A stretch of 30,604 nucleotides of DNA from positions 7,096-37,699 of the forward strand of contig CAXSGP010000041.1 in the NCBI GenBank assembly GCA_964236955.1, written 5' to 3'. The position numbers and the translations under genes are program-made. Of this stretch, positions 1 through 8,888 are shown one piece after another; the first letter of the stretch is position 1, and each line of letters begins with the position of its first letter. The notes under the pieces were generated by a model that was given only the letters and a program-made list of their open reading frames with translations, had not been told where the DNA came from and did not search any database. This stretch comes from an uncultured Oligoflexus sp. GTDB lineage: Bacteria; Bdellovibrionota_B; Oligoflexia; Oligoflexales; Oligoflexaceae.

Positions 1-32
1 GGCTCAAGGCTCAAGGCTCAAGGCTCAAGGCT
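1..32. repeat. 7-bp tandem repeat (GGCTCAA)x4 + GGCT, possibly truncated by the window edge
   Basis: Read directly: ggctcaa ggctcaa ggctcaa ggctcaa ggct. Confidence 0.9.
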
Positions 33-231
33 AATGGCGGACATTTGCGACGAGAGTGGTTCCAACCGAATCGGCCATCGAGTAAGAATACAAAGCCTAA
101 AGTGTTGAATCTCTGACCATGATTTTTTACTGTGGATCTTTGATAAGGTTTTTTAGCGCGTTTTTACCGCCTCTTAACTAACCAGAACCATTCAAATAAT
201 TTCCGATTTTCCCGTAAAGGAGCTAATCCAT

Positions 232-258
232 TAAGGTTCGAACCCCCCTGGCCGATAA
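232..258 (+). promoter_or_regulatory. Putative sigma28 (FliA)-type promoter
   Basis: TAAG(232-235)-N15-GCCGATAA(251-258). Perfect -10 box and canonical spacing versus the consensus TAAA-N15-GCCGATAA, 40 nt upstream of ATG 298. Confidence 0.65.
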
Positions 259-297
259 TACGTTAGTTCAATTTTTTATTGCGCGGGGTATCCGATA

Positions 298-2970
298 ATG
301 AAGTCATTAATTCCCATCCTATTGATGGTGTTTAGCTTGCATGCCTGCCGAGAGGCATCTTTTAAAAGCATTGACGATAAAGACAAAAACCAGCAGTCGG
401 ATAATTCCGCTGGTCAGGGAGGGGCGGCCGGTGGTGACATCAATCCCAACGTTATTCCAGGAGACGGTGCGATTCTTATTCCACGGGATGGAAAAGGTGC
501 CGAAAGCCTTGCTCCCGGTCTGGACGTTTCTGCCGATAAACCAAGTCTTGCTGCTGGAGAGAAATCTCAGGTTACAGCCGTGCTTAAAGATGGCACTCAA
601 AATCCACCGGTGATTTGGAAAGTTGTCGCTCCAAGTGGCAAATTAGCTGGCACCATTGATTCGAACGGTGTCTACACGAGCCCCTCAAAAGTCGACGAAC
701 CCTACGGCGTCGTCATCACTGCGGTCCTGACGCCAGAGGACGGGACGAGCGGTTCGACATCAATAGCCCTTCAGCCCGGCACCGGCAAAAACGCCAGTCC
801 AGGACTTTCGATAAGCGTAGATAAACCAACTCTAGTCGCAGGTGACAAGGCGAAAGCCTCGGCACTGCTCAAAGACGGCACCGTAAATCCTCCTGTTATC
901 TGGAAGGTCACGCCGCCATCTGGAAAATTACCAGGAACTATCGATGCTAACGGCGTCTACACGAGCCCTTCTCCCATCGATGCTCCTTATGGTGTGATCA
1001 TCACCGCAACCTTGCTATCCGACGGCGTGACAACCGCCACGACCCCAATCGCGCTTGTTCCGGCTGGAGGTGGAGCAAACGCGGGTATTGGCTTGGTGGT
1101 GAAAGTTGACAAGCCAAGCGTAAGTGCCGGAGGCGCCAAAGCCCAAGCCACAGCGACTCTGAAAGGTACCACCAATAATCCGCCCGTTACCTGGGCCCTC
1201 GAAGATACCGTCGCGCTCGACGAAGGTATAATTGATGCGAGCGGTGTTTACACCAGCCCTGCAAAGGCAGATGCACCTTTCGCCGTTATCATCAGCGCGA
1301 CTCTCATTGCGGATGGGACAACAAAAGCTTATGCAGCCATAGCCGTCGTGCCAGCTGCTGGTGGGAATAACGTAGCTCAGGATCTATCTGTTTTCGTCGA
1401 TAAACTAAGCGTTGGACCCGGTGGCCAAACAGCTCAGGCAACATCGGCGTTGAAGAATGGCACCCTAAATCCTCCTGTTGAATGGTCCGTCTCCGCCCCA
1501 AGCGGCAAAGATGCCGGCACGATCGATGCAAAGGGTGTTTATAAAAGTCCCGCGCTAGTAGACGTTCCCTATGCGGTCACAATCACTGCTATCCTGAGTG
1601 CTGACCACGGGGTTAAAGGCCAGACAGCGATAGCCATCGTGCCCTTACCGAAACCAACTTTGCAGGTTACAGTCCCGGTGGCGTCACTTCCGATTGGCGG
1701 CAAGCAGACTCAGGCAACGAGCCGACTTAGCACTGGTATTGTAAACCCACCGGTTGAATGGTCGGTTTCAGGACCTGCCAACAAAGAACTTGGAACAATC
1801 GACAGCAATGGTCTATACACCAGTCCCGCAAATGGAAACGAGGAGATACGAATTGAAATTATCGCCATTCTAAGCGCTGATAAAACTATTAAGGGCTCCG
1901 TTCAGCTGGATTTGAAACCCGTAAAAAAAGGCCTGATCGTTATTCTGCCCGTAACTGAGCTGCCAATCGGTGGTAAGAAGATGAAGGCGAAAGCCAAGCT
2001 TGATGACGGCACCGAAAATCCACCGGTTAACTGGTCCGTCTGGGCTCCCTCCGGCAAAGATCCAGGTACCATCGATGCCGAAGGCAATTACACAAGTCCC
2101 CTGCTTGGCAAAAACCAGTATGCGATTAACATCCAGGCTGTCTTGAAAGCTGACTCCAACGTGAGCGCCTACGCTCCTTTGATTCTGGTCCCAGCTAAGA
2201 TCGAACTCCAGGTCTTCCTGCCAACCAATGAGATCAAGCCGGGCGGCAATAAACTTCAGGCGAAGGCCAAACTGAGTGATGGTACGGAAGATCCAGCTGT
2301 TATCTGGTCCGTGGTGGCTCCTCCCGGCAAAGAGAGTGGTTCGATCAATCCCAGTACTGGGGTTTATACCAGCCCTGCAAAAAATGCCGTAAAATTTACG
2401 GTTCAAATCGTCGCTGTATTGCTTGCCGACCGCAATATTTCTGCTTCCGTACCTTTGACGATACTTGAAGATGCACAGGTTTTTGTCCGCTGCACCCGAG
2501 GCAATGCCGTGTTTCCAATCGTGGCCGATGTCTTTTCCCTGCCCATCGACTCGCAAGCGTTGCCAACGGATTTCACGAAGCTGACTAAAGTCACGACGGT
2601 TTGTCTTGATAGGTACGACGTTGCGAATCGCGAGTTCACTCAGGGATTCCCAGATGTCCCCAATCTTTTCGAGTTCTTTGCCTTGCACACCAAGACGACC
2701 CTTATTGTGCCCAAGGCCGGCTACTACACGATTCGTTTGAATTCGGATGATGGCTCGAAGCTGTTTATCAATAACCAATTGGTTATCAACAATGATGGTA
2801 AGCACCCTGAGGCTGCTAAGGAGGCCGTGGTCAGCTTTCCCGCAGCGGGCAAGTATGATGTTGTGCTCGACTACTTCCAGGGGCCAAGGTTCTTCATTGC
2901 TCTGGAGCTCTTCTGGAAAAAGCCAGGCACTTCGAATTTTGAAATCATCCCGACTGAGAACTTCGAATAA
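298..2970 (+). CDS. Surface lipoprotein with seven tandem Ig-like repeats and a C-terminal PA14 domain (putative adhesin/lectin)
   Basis: Lipobox LHA-C17. Seven ~95-aa repeats with motif NPPVxWxVxxPxGKxxGTIDxxGxYTSP. C-terminal PA14 signature IRLNSDDGSKLFINNQLVINNDGKH...YFQG...LELFWKKPG. Confidence 0.85.
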   Translation: MKSLIPILLMVFSLHACREASFKSIDDKDKNQQSDNSAGQGGAAGGDINPNVIPGDGAILIPRDGKGAESLAPGLDVSADKPSLAAGEKSQVTAVLKDGTQNPPVIWKVVAPSGKLAGTIDSNGVYTSPSKVDEPYGVVITAVLTPEDGTSGSTSIALQPGTGKNASPGLSISVDKPTLVAGDKAKASALLKDGTVNPPVIWKVTPPSGKLPGTIDANGVYTSPSPIDAPYGVIITATLLSDGVTTATTPIALVPAGGGANAGIGLVVKVDKPSVSAGGAKAQATATLKGTTNNPPVTWALEDTVALDEGIIDASGVYTSPAKADAPFAVIISATLIADGTTKAYAAIAVVPAAGGNNVAQDLSVFVDKLSVGPGGQTAQATSALKNGTLNPPVEWSVSAPSGKDAGTIDAKGVYKSPALVDVPYAVTITAILSADHGVKGQTAIAIVPLPKPTLQVTVPVASLPIGGKQTQATSRLSTGIVNPPVEWSVSGPANKELGTIDSNGLYTSPANGNEEIRIEIIAILSADKTIKGSVQLDLKPVKKGLIVILPVTELPIGGKKMKAKAKLDDGTENPPVNWSVWAPSGKDPGTIDAEGNYTSPLLGKNQYAINIQAVLKADSNVSAYAPLILVPAKIELQVFLPTNEIKPGGNKLQAKAKLSDGTEDPAVIWSVVAPPGKESGSINPSTGVYTSPAKNAVKFTVQIVAVLLADRNISASVPLTILEDAQVFVRCTRGNAVFPIVADVFSLPIDSQALPTDFTKLTKVTTVCLDRYDVANREFTQGFPDVPNLFEFFALHTKTTLIVPKAGYYTIRLNSDDGSKLFINNQLVINNDGKHPEAAKEAVVSFPAAGKYDVVLDYFQGPRFFIALELFWKKPGTSNFEIIPTENFE

Positions 2971-2994
2971 GTACGAGATAGTTTTTTGAAAATT

Positions 2995-3022
2995 GCCCGG
3001 TGAATCGAAAGATCCCCCGGGC
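2995..3022. terminator. GC-rich hairpin between convergent genes
   Basis: GCCCGG...ATC-GAAA-GAT...CCGGGC stem with GAAA tetraloop; weak U-tract. Confidence 0.35.
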
Positions 3023-3066
3023 CTATCATTTCTAAGTTTTCAATTATCTCAGACGGGCCATTGCTC

Positions 3067-5094
3067 TTAGAGCTTAACGCTATAGATAAAGCTTGCCTTG
3101 GGGGCCCGCTGCCAACGCTCGGCGATAGTCGCCTGTAACTGCTTGGCCGCTTTACTGTCGATGTAATCGGCCTTCAATTGGGCGGCGAGCCTGACATCCC
3201 CGCGAGCTTTGAGGCCCACGGTGACTTTTGCCAACTTGGGAACGACCGCTTTGAACTGGGCCGTTTCGATATTCATGCAGCCCTTATCCTGTTGATTCGC
3301 AGCAAGTTGCTCAGGCATCCAGACTGCGGCTTTCTCCTTGAGTAAAAAGCCGATCTGAATGGCGGCAAGCTGGCTGTAAGGTTTGGATTTACCCTGGGCG
3401 TCGTACATGCCGTTGCTGATGTGGCCGAAGGCCCAAGTTGCCAAAGATCGATAGGACTGATCGACAAGTTCCTTATCGAGGAGGTTCTTTTCGAGCAACC
3501 ATTCAGCAAAAAACAGCGATCCTGTTTCCGCTTTCAGTTCCTCAAGCATGCTGGCGGTCGGGCCACCAAAAATTTGATCATCGGTCTTGCCGCCTACCCT
3601 ATATTCATGGGATGGCCCGAGATTGTGCGAAGCTTCATGAAGTAGTGTATCGAGAAGTGCGGCATCATCATTGTCAATCCATTGATTCATAGTCTCAGGG
3701 CAAAAGAGCGACTGGGCCTGCCTTTTAGAGTCGGATTTGCTATCGGCGTCCTTATAGAAGTTAAGCATGGCTACGGTCCGACCGCGCCCTTCATTGGCAA
3801 CCGGTCCCCAATTGGGCAGGCTTTGGCCTATCGTCGCTCCGCTTGGGGGGCGCGAGTCACCGGCGTTGAGTATGATATCAATAAAGTCTGGGAGGTGGAA
3901 AGAAACGGACCGAGCCTTATAGGGTTTACCGGCCACGCCGGCAAAGGCTTTCTCCATATCGTTTTTCAAAGGATCGAGTTTTTTCTGCCACGCGAGCGAT
4001 GATTTATTGATCAGGGCAAAACTCACATGGAATCCGGCTTTGCGGGAGCAGGGATCTTCGTAAGTCTCATCAGGTCCGATACGCAGATACCATTTGGAAT
4101 TCTGGGTATTCATCCTCGACCATGCTTCATCAGCGGGTTGCCACTTATTGTCGAGGAATGATTGAGCGGCAGCCAGGAGGTAGGTTTTGAAGGCTTGCTC
4201 GTCTGCATCCTTGATGGCGTCGGCAGCTGCTTTTAGCGCCTTTGAGACGGTGACCATATCGTCTTTGTAGGCCTCGTTATAGGGCTGAGGGGCTAGATTT
4301 CCATCTTTGCCTTCCCTGACGACGACAAAGGGGTTCAATAAGTGATCAGCGTCCTGGCGAGCGGCAAGGCTCGTGCAAAACTTGCTATCTTTCGTCTGAA
4401 TCGCTGCCGGATAAAGGCCGGATATCGGTCTTGGGCGAGTGGGAATGGCGTTGCAGTCGGGATTGCTCTCGGTCCTGGGAGCGCGGCACCAGGGGCCCTG
4501 GTTGCGAAAGAACAACATCTGGCTTGCCGGGTCATCCGCCGGTAGCTGTTGTTTTAAGGCTTCAACGCCGCTCTGTTTGGCAACGATGCGCTCAATGGCG
4601 ACCGCCGCATCGAATATATGTCTAACGATTTGTTGGTCTTCTGCAGATGATTTGGAAAAATCGGTTTGGACGATGGTGGGTCGACTCTGATGCAATTCCT
4701 CCAGGACAGCTGCGCGGCGTTTGGCTTCGCTTGGATCTTTGGAAGGAACTCCTGGGTTTTTAAACTGGCCTTGGATCTTTTCGTAGGCGGTGGCAAAGGA
4801 CTGGGAGAATTGGCCCCCTTCGACCCATTTGTTCTCGGCGGTATCGGTCAGGCCCCAAAAACTGTTCACCTCGTCCGGGTCAACCGCAGCATTCTTATTT
4901 TTGTCTTCGACCCAAAAGAGCGGTAAAGCGAGGTCGGCAGCGATGCGATTGAAATCAGAGCGAGGAACAGCATTGAATGCTGTCGAATGGCCGAAAGCGT
5001 TCGCCTTCGAATCAGAAGCGGTATGGGAACAAGTAGATCCCAGCCCCTCAATGAGAACAAAAGCTAGAACGAAAGGTATACGTCTGTCTGCCAT
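3067..5094 (-). CDS. Exported zinc metallopeptidase, family M49 (dipeptidyl-peptidase III-like, HEXXH type)
   Basis: HEASHNLGP zinc motif, LEELKAE third-ligand motif, AGDSR..GATIGQSLPN and IGPDETYED motifs, hydrophobic N-terminus. Start placed at ATG 5094 (RBS GGAAAGG) rather than TTG 5109. Confidence 0.8.
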   Translation of the reverse strand: MADRRIPFVLAFVLIEGLGSTCSHTASDSKANAFGHSTAFNAVPRSDFNRIAADLALPLFWVEDKNKNAAVDPDEVNSFWGLTDTAENKWVEGGQFSQSFATAYEKIQGQFKNPGVPSKDPSEAKRRAAVLEELHQSRPTIVQTDFSKSSAEDQQIVRHIFDAAVAIERIVAKQSGVEALKQQLPADDPASQMLFFRNQGPWCRAPRTESNPDCNAIPTRPRPISGLYPAAIQTKDSKFCTSLAARQDADHLLNPFVVVREGKDGNLAPQPYNEAYKDDMVTVSKALKAAADAIKDADEQAFKTYLLAAAQSFLDNKWQPADEAWSRMNTQNSKWYLRIGPDETYEDPCSRKAGFHVSFALINKSSLAWQKKLDPLKNDMEKAFAGVAGKPYKARSVSFHLPDFIDIILNAGDSRPPSGATIGQSLPNWGPVANEGRGRTVAMLNFYKDADSKSDSKRQAQSLFCPETMNQWIDNDDAALLDTLLHEASHNLGPSHEYRVGGKTDDQIFGGPTASMLEELKAETGSLFFAEWLLEKNLLDKELVDQSYRSLATWAFGHISNGMYDAQGKSKPYSQLAAIQIGFLLKEKAAVWMPEQLAANQQDKGCMNIETAQFKAVVPKLAKVTVGLKARGDVRLAAQLKADYIDSKAAKQLQATIAERWQRAPKASFIYSVKL

Positions 5095-5355
5095 GTTTGG
5101 CCTTTCCAAGAGAAATCGAATGCATCTCTTTTAACGGGAAGTGCCTGGCAACGCAATCTCCCCGTGCCCTGATTTCTTAGCGGTTGTTGAATTGTGGTCG
5201 CGTACTGTCCCTTGAAAGTAACGTAAGAGGCTTTTTTTGTCGATTCCGTACTCAAATACCCATACGAAAATGGGCGGTGCTTCGTTCGTCCTGGTTGCCG
5301 TGGTGGATTCAGTGAGGATTTTCAGGGTCCGCATATAATTGGCCCGTAAAATTCT

Positions 5356-5391
5356 AAAAAGTCCATAAGTCTTGATGCTTATGGACTTTTT
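5356..5391. terminator. Bidirectional intrinsic terminator downstream of the collagen-like gene
   Basis: AAAAA-GTCCATAAG-(8 nt loop)-CTTATGGAC-TTTTT perfect inverted repeat. Confidence 0.85.
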
Positions 5392-5486
5392 ATTGGCAGT
5401 TAAAAATTGTACCTTAGCCCTAAATCAGTAAGATATTTTTGATTTGATTCAGCTTAGCCTTCGCTTCTGAAATTTGATTGCTGCCC

Positions 5487-7229
5487 TTATACACCAGGGG
5501 TTCCCTTGGCGCCGGCTGGACCCTGCGGCCCGGTTTCTCCACGGGGTCCGCTTGGACCTTGAGCACCCGTATCACCTTTGGGACCGATGAACCCTTGGGG
5601 ACCTGATTCACCACGGGGGCCGACTGAACCAGGAATGCCTTGATCCCCTTTTGCCCCGGTTGAACCAACAGCTCCTGTGTCACCTTTCGGACCGCGGGGT
5701 CCTGCATCACCCACCGGACCGGAATCACCTTTCGGACCGAGCGGACCGGCAATTCCAGTATCACCCTGATCACCTTTTGGACCTGGATTTCCCGTATCGC
5801 CACGTGGCCCTTGAGGACCAGAGATACCAGTATTTCCAATATCACCTTTCAAACCTGTTAGACCTATGGGACCCGTGTCGCCCTTCAATCCAGGAAGTCC
5901 GATAGGACCACGATTCCCAGCGGGGCCCATATCACCCTGTAAACCCACGGGGCCAAAGGCACCCGGTTCCCCTTTTGCTCCGACTGGGCCCATAAGACCG
6001 GGGTCTCCTTTATCCCCTTTCCCTCCTTCCGGACCTGTCTCTCCCTTCTGTCCAGGAAGGCCGGTAGCGCCACGTTCCCCTCCAGGTCCAGAGGGTCCTG
6101 CATCGCCTTTGGTTCCTTGCAATCCGGTCAAGCCCATGTCGCCCTTCGGTCCACTTGGTCCAGCCGATCCCGAGTCACCCATGGGCCCCTGAGGCCCACT
6201 TGCACCGTTAAGCCCATCCTCACCGGGATCACCCTTGAGTCCTTGGGCACCAGGGATTCCAGGATCACCCTTCAGACCGCTTTCCCCTTTTTCTCCCTTG
6301 GAGCCCGCAACGCCCGGGGGGCCTTGAGGGCCCGGCACCGTGGGAAGGCTTGCACTTAGATTTTGAAAGGGGGCAAAGAACGGGACGATCTGAACTTCGT
6401 CATTATTCTTAATACGAAAAAGCATCGTGTTGGTTTCTCTCGTCAGCACTGCTTTGGGAATCGCAAGAGTTCTACCCAAGGCTTTGGTGAAACTACAGTC
6501 GTTAGTCATGACAACTCGATGTGACTCCGATCCCCAAAGCAGAGCTCTGGTCGATTTATCGATAATGGATATCTCTAAGGAATTCATTTGGGAACAAATT
6601 TTGACGTCTTCGTGGCCGCAGTGACAATCTAATTGTATATAAGCGTAGGCGACGCCGTCCGAGTTAGTGTCTTCGTCCGTTAGATGATCGGAATTCTTGG
6701 GGTCGACGCAGTCTTCCGGGTTGGTTTTGCCGCTTTTCTCTTTATCATTGTTTCTGTCGCCAGGGTTCGAATCATTACCGTCATCATCATCATCATCATC
6801 ATCATCCGACTTATTGTCTTTATCGTGATCCTTGTCCTGGTCCTTTTCCCTATCATTATCATCGGATTTTTTGTTGCTTTTGCCGGATTTTCCCGAATTG
6901 CCGGACTTCCCATTTTTTGAATTTTGGCTGGAATCGCCGTCTCTATCATTATTTGAACTTTTATTGCTACGGGACCCTTCGTTTTTACCTGTGGTCAATG
7001 ATAGGGAACTGTTTTCCGCCAAGGCCACAAGCTCCGAAGTTATTTCCGATTCCACATCCACCTGGCTGTCGATTTTTTCATTGCCTTTCTGCTGATTGAA
7101 GCTTTCCACGGAGTGTGGCCGAATTTCCGGCTTTCTTACTTCGGAGCCGCAGGCCATTAGAAGGAGGGGCAACCCGAGAATCAAGCTCACGAGAGAGCGC
7201 TTAACAAGCACTTCCGATATGGTATTCAT
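5487..7229 (-). CDS. Collagen-like lipoprotein with an Asp/Lys/Ser/Asn-rich linker, a small Cys-containing domain and ~93 uninterrupted Gly-X-Y triplets running to the C-terminus
   Basis: Lipobox LMA-C, poly-Asp tract, GXY repeat from ~6332 to the stop codon, RBS GAGGA upstream of ATG. Confidence 0.88.
   Translation of the reverse strand: MNTISEVLVKRSLVSLILGLPLLLMACGSEVRKPEIRPHSVESFNQQKGNEKIDSQVDVESEITSELVALAENSSLSLTTGKNEGSRSNKSSNNDRDGDSSQNSKNGKSGNSGKSGKSNKKSDDNDREKDQDKDHDKDNKSDDDDDDDDDGNDSNPGDRNNDKEKSGKTNPEDCVDPKNSDHLTDEDTNSDGVAYAYIQLDCHCGHEDVKICSQMNSLEISIIDKSTRALLWGSESHRVVMTNDCSFTKALGRTLAIPKAVLTRETNTMLFRIKNNDEVQIVPFFAPFQNLSASLPTVPGPQGPPGVAGSKGEKGESGLKGDPGIPGAQGLKGDPGEDGLNGASGPQGPMGDSGSAGPSGPKGDMGLTGLQGTKGDAGPSGPGGERGATGLPGQKGETGPEGGKGDKGDPGLMGPVGAKGEPGAFGPVGLQGDMGPAGNRGPIGLPGLKGDTGPIGLTGLKGDIGNTGISGPQGPRGDTGNPGPKGDQGDTGIAGPLGPKGDSGPVGDAGPRGPKGDTGAVGSTGAKGDQGIPGSVGPRGESGPQGFIGPKGDTGAQGPSGPRGETGPQGPAGAKGTPGV
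6781..6806. repeat. (TCA)8 trinucleotide microsatellite encoding poly-Asp in the collagen-like protein
   Basis: tcatcatcatcatcatcatcatcatc read directly. Confidence 0.85.
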
Positions 7230-7531
7230 GTTTCCTCATCTCTCTAAAATTCGGATACCAAAGACCTATATTAGATTCGGTGTTGGATTGAATTAGTTGA
7301 GGCGAACTTATAAAGCTGCGAAACTGCAATGAATTGCCGCAAAATCTCAGTTCGAAAATGTCTGCAGCATTGGGAATGAAATAACGTTCATCGGTTAGAC
7401 GCACATGTTACCGGTCTTAACAGTGATTGCTCATCCTTTCCAATCAAGATCTTTCAGAATTATCCTTTGCCTACGATTCGCCTCGGATTGATGCGGCCGC
7501 GTCTGCTGATGATGGTGATTAGCTGGCGCCT

Positions 7532-7744
7532 ATGCTTTTGACACTAAGGCCAGCGGATCGTAAGGATGGAAATGGCAGAACCATAAACTGTCCCGATCGG
7601 TCTGGATCAGGCGGCAGTGGATCGACCTCGGGCTCGACTGGATCAGGAAGTGAGGGAGTAGCGAGCAGCGGGCCGAGTCGAGGTTCCAATATGGGTTCCT
7701 CGTCCAGGGCCCAAGGTTCAGGCGGAGCTTCAAATTCTGGTTAA
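7532..7744 (+). other. Possible small Ser/Gly-rich ORF or gene remnant
   Basis: SGSGGSGSTSGSTGSGS low-complexity translation. The frame stays open upstream past a TAG at 7520-7522. No clear RBS. Confidence 0.25.
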
Positions 7745-7862
7745 GCGGGAACGAAATCGACGACAGGAAGATAGCTGAAACCATGCATTGGCATCATTCC
7801 AACGATTGACTTCAATGCATGGCCGCGTGGGCCTACGTTTTTCAGTGGGTATTGAAGGCGGC

Positions 7863-8258
7863 TTAGCTAGGCCTAGCATTGGTGGAAAGGATTCCTTTGA
7901 AATTATTGCGATAGGCGTAGATTAAGAATATTTCAAGGGCACTGAAAACCAATCCAGGAATTATGTTTTCGCCATTTTGCAGAAACCCGTGAAAAGCGAC
8001 GATGTTGACAAGGATTGGTGCAAGGATAACAAGCCCCAACGGCGCGGTTCTGCCAATAATGAGAAGGAGACCACCGACCAGCTGAAATATGCCGACTAGT
8101 TTCATATAGTTCGTGGGTACCATGACTTCCATAAATTTAGCAGACAATGTACCTTCTGGCATGGGTGGCTGGGGAAGAAAAGGAAAAAGAATGTTCAGTC
8201 CAAAGACGATGAATCCTAGGCCCAACAGGCTACGAATAATGATCACTGCAAATTTCAT
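7863..8258 (-). CDS. DoxX-family membrane protein
   Basis: 131 aa with 4 hydrophobic segments, RxLLGLxFIVFGLN and LAPILVNIVAFH motifs, RBS AAGGAG. Confidence 0.8.
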   Translation of the reverse strand: MKFAVIIIRSLLGLGFIVFGLNILFPFLPQPPMPEGTLSAKFMEVMVPTNYMKLVGIFQLVGGLLLIIGRTAPLGLVILAPILVNIVAFHGFLQNGENIIPGLVFSALEIFLIYAYRNNFKGILSTNARPS

Positions 8259-8311
8259 GGAAACTCCTTTGTTAGAATTGATGAGATTCGATGGAATCGG
8301 TATTTTAAAAC

Positions 8312-8320
8312 ATTATAGCA
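8312..8320 (-). promoter_or_regulatory. Extended -10 sigma70 promoter for the DoxX gene
   Basis: TGC-TATAAT on the minus strand ~55 nt upstream of the DoxX start. Confidence 0.55.
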
Positions 8321-8451
8321 AAATTGAAAGCGCTATCCGAGAAAATTGAAGCGGGGAGTCGGGCTGGGCCTGCAGCACGTATTTCGGATAGCTTCATAAA
8401 ATCACCAGACGCCAGCGAACGCATCAAGGTTTCAACTTAAGGCTGAATAAC

Positions 8452-8796
8452 AGGCACCTGGGAACAGCAAGAACAGGCGCCTACTTTTCCGTCGCTCCCT
8501 TCTTTGGAGCTTTGTTGGCCATTCCATTGCTAGGCGAAGCCTTGAGTCAGCCTCTTCTCATTGCCGGCGGTTTGATGGCAGTTGGAGTCTGGCTGCACTT
8601 AACTGAAAAGCACAGTCATCAGCACACCCACGAGTCGCTGGAGCATGAACATGAGCATTCCCATGACGAACACCATGGGCACGAGCACAGCTCACCGGTT
8701 CCGCCCGGGACCAGGCACTCACACAGTCACATCCATATTCCTATGACCCATACTCACGAACATTTTCCTGACATGCATCATCGCCATAAGCATTGA
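8452..8796 (+). pseudogene. 5'-truncated DMT/EamA-family transporter with His-rich C-terminal tail
   Basis: The frame reads RHLGTARTGAYFSVAPFFGALLAIPLLGE...LMAVGVWLHLTEKHSHQHTHE...HFPDMHHRHKH, which is the C-terminal end of His-tailed EamA transporters. An in-frame TAG at 8389 and the divergent DoxX gene leave no room for the N-terminal ~230 aa. Confidence 0.75.
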
Positions 8797-8841
8797 TGCT
8801 CACCGACACTCTAAGAAAAAATTAGACTTGTTCCCATCTTA

Positions 8842-8881
8842 AAGCTGCCCTTCGCCTTGACCACGACTGGAAGGGCAGCTT
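8842..8881 (-). terminator. Hairpin/terminator downstream of the monooxygenase gene
   Basis: Perfect 12-bp stem AAGCTGCCCTTC / GAAGGGCAGCTT just after the stop codon, between convergent genes. Confidence 0.7.
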
Positions 8882-8888
8882 CCCTTGT

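Noticed and set aside
1..32. CRISPR array
   Set aside because: Contiguous 7-mers without spacers; no repeat-spacer array or cas gene seen anywhere in the window.
1870..2805. 311-aa ORF on the minus strand
   Set aside because: Antisense shadow of the repeat/PA14 lipoprotein; no motifs or RBS.
5131..5334. 67-aa minus-strand ORF between the peptidase and collagen genes
   Set aside because: No RBS, motif or compositional support; likely intergenic.
5420..6359. Several alternative-frame and antisense ORFs over the collagen region
   Set aside because: By-products of the GXY codon periodicity; the collagen frame explains them.
6680..6949. ORFs with poly-Met or poly-Ile runs
   Set aside because: Alternative readings of the (GAT)n poly-Asp microsatellite.
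7249..7300. Sigma28-like promoters upstream of the collagen gene (and at ~10687-10713)
   Set aside because: Only partial matches (CCGAAT -10 boxes or poor -35 boxes); not distinguishable from chance.
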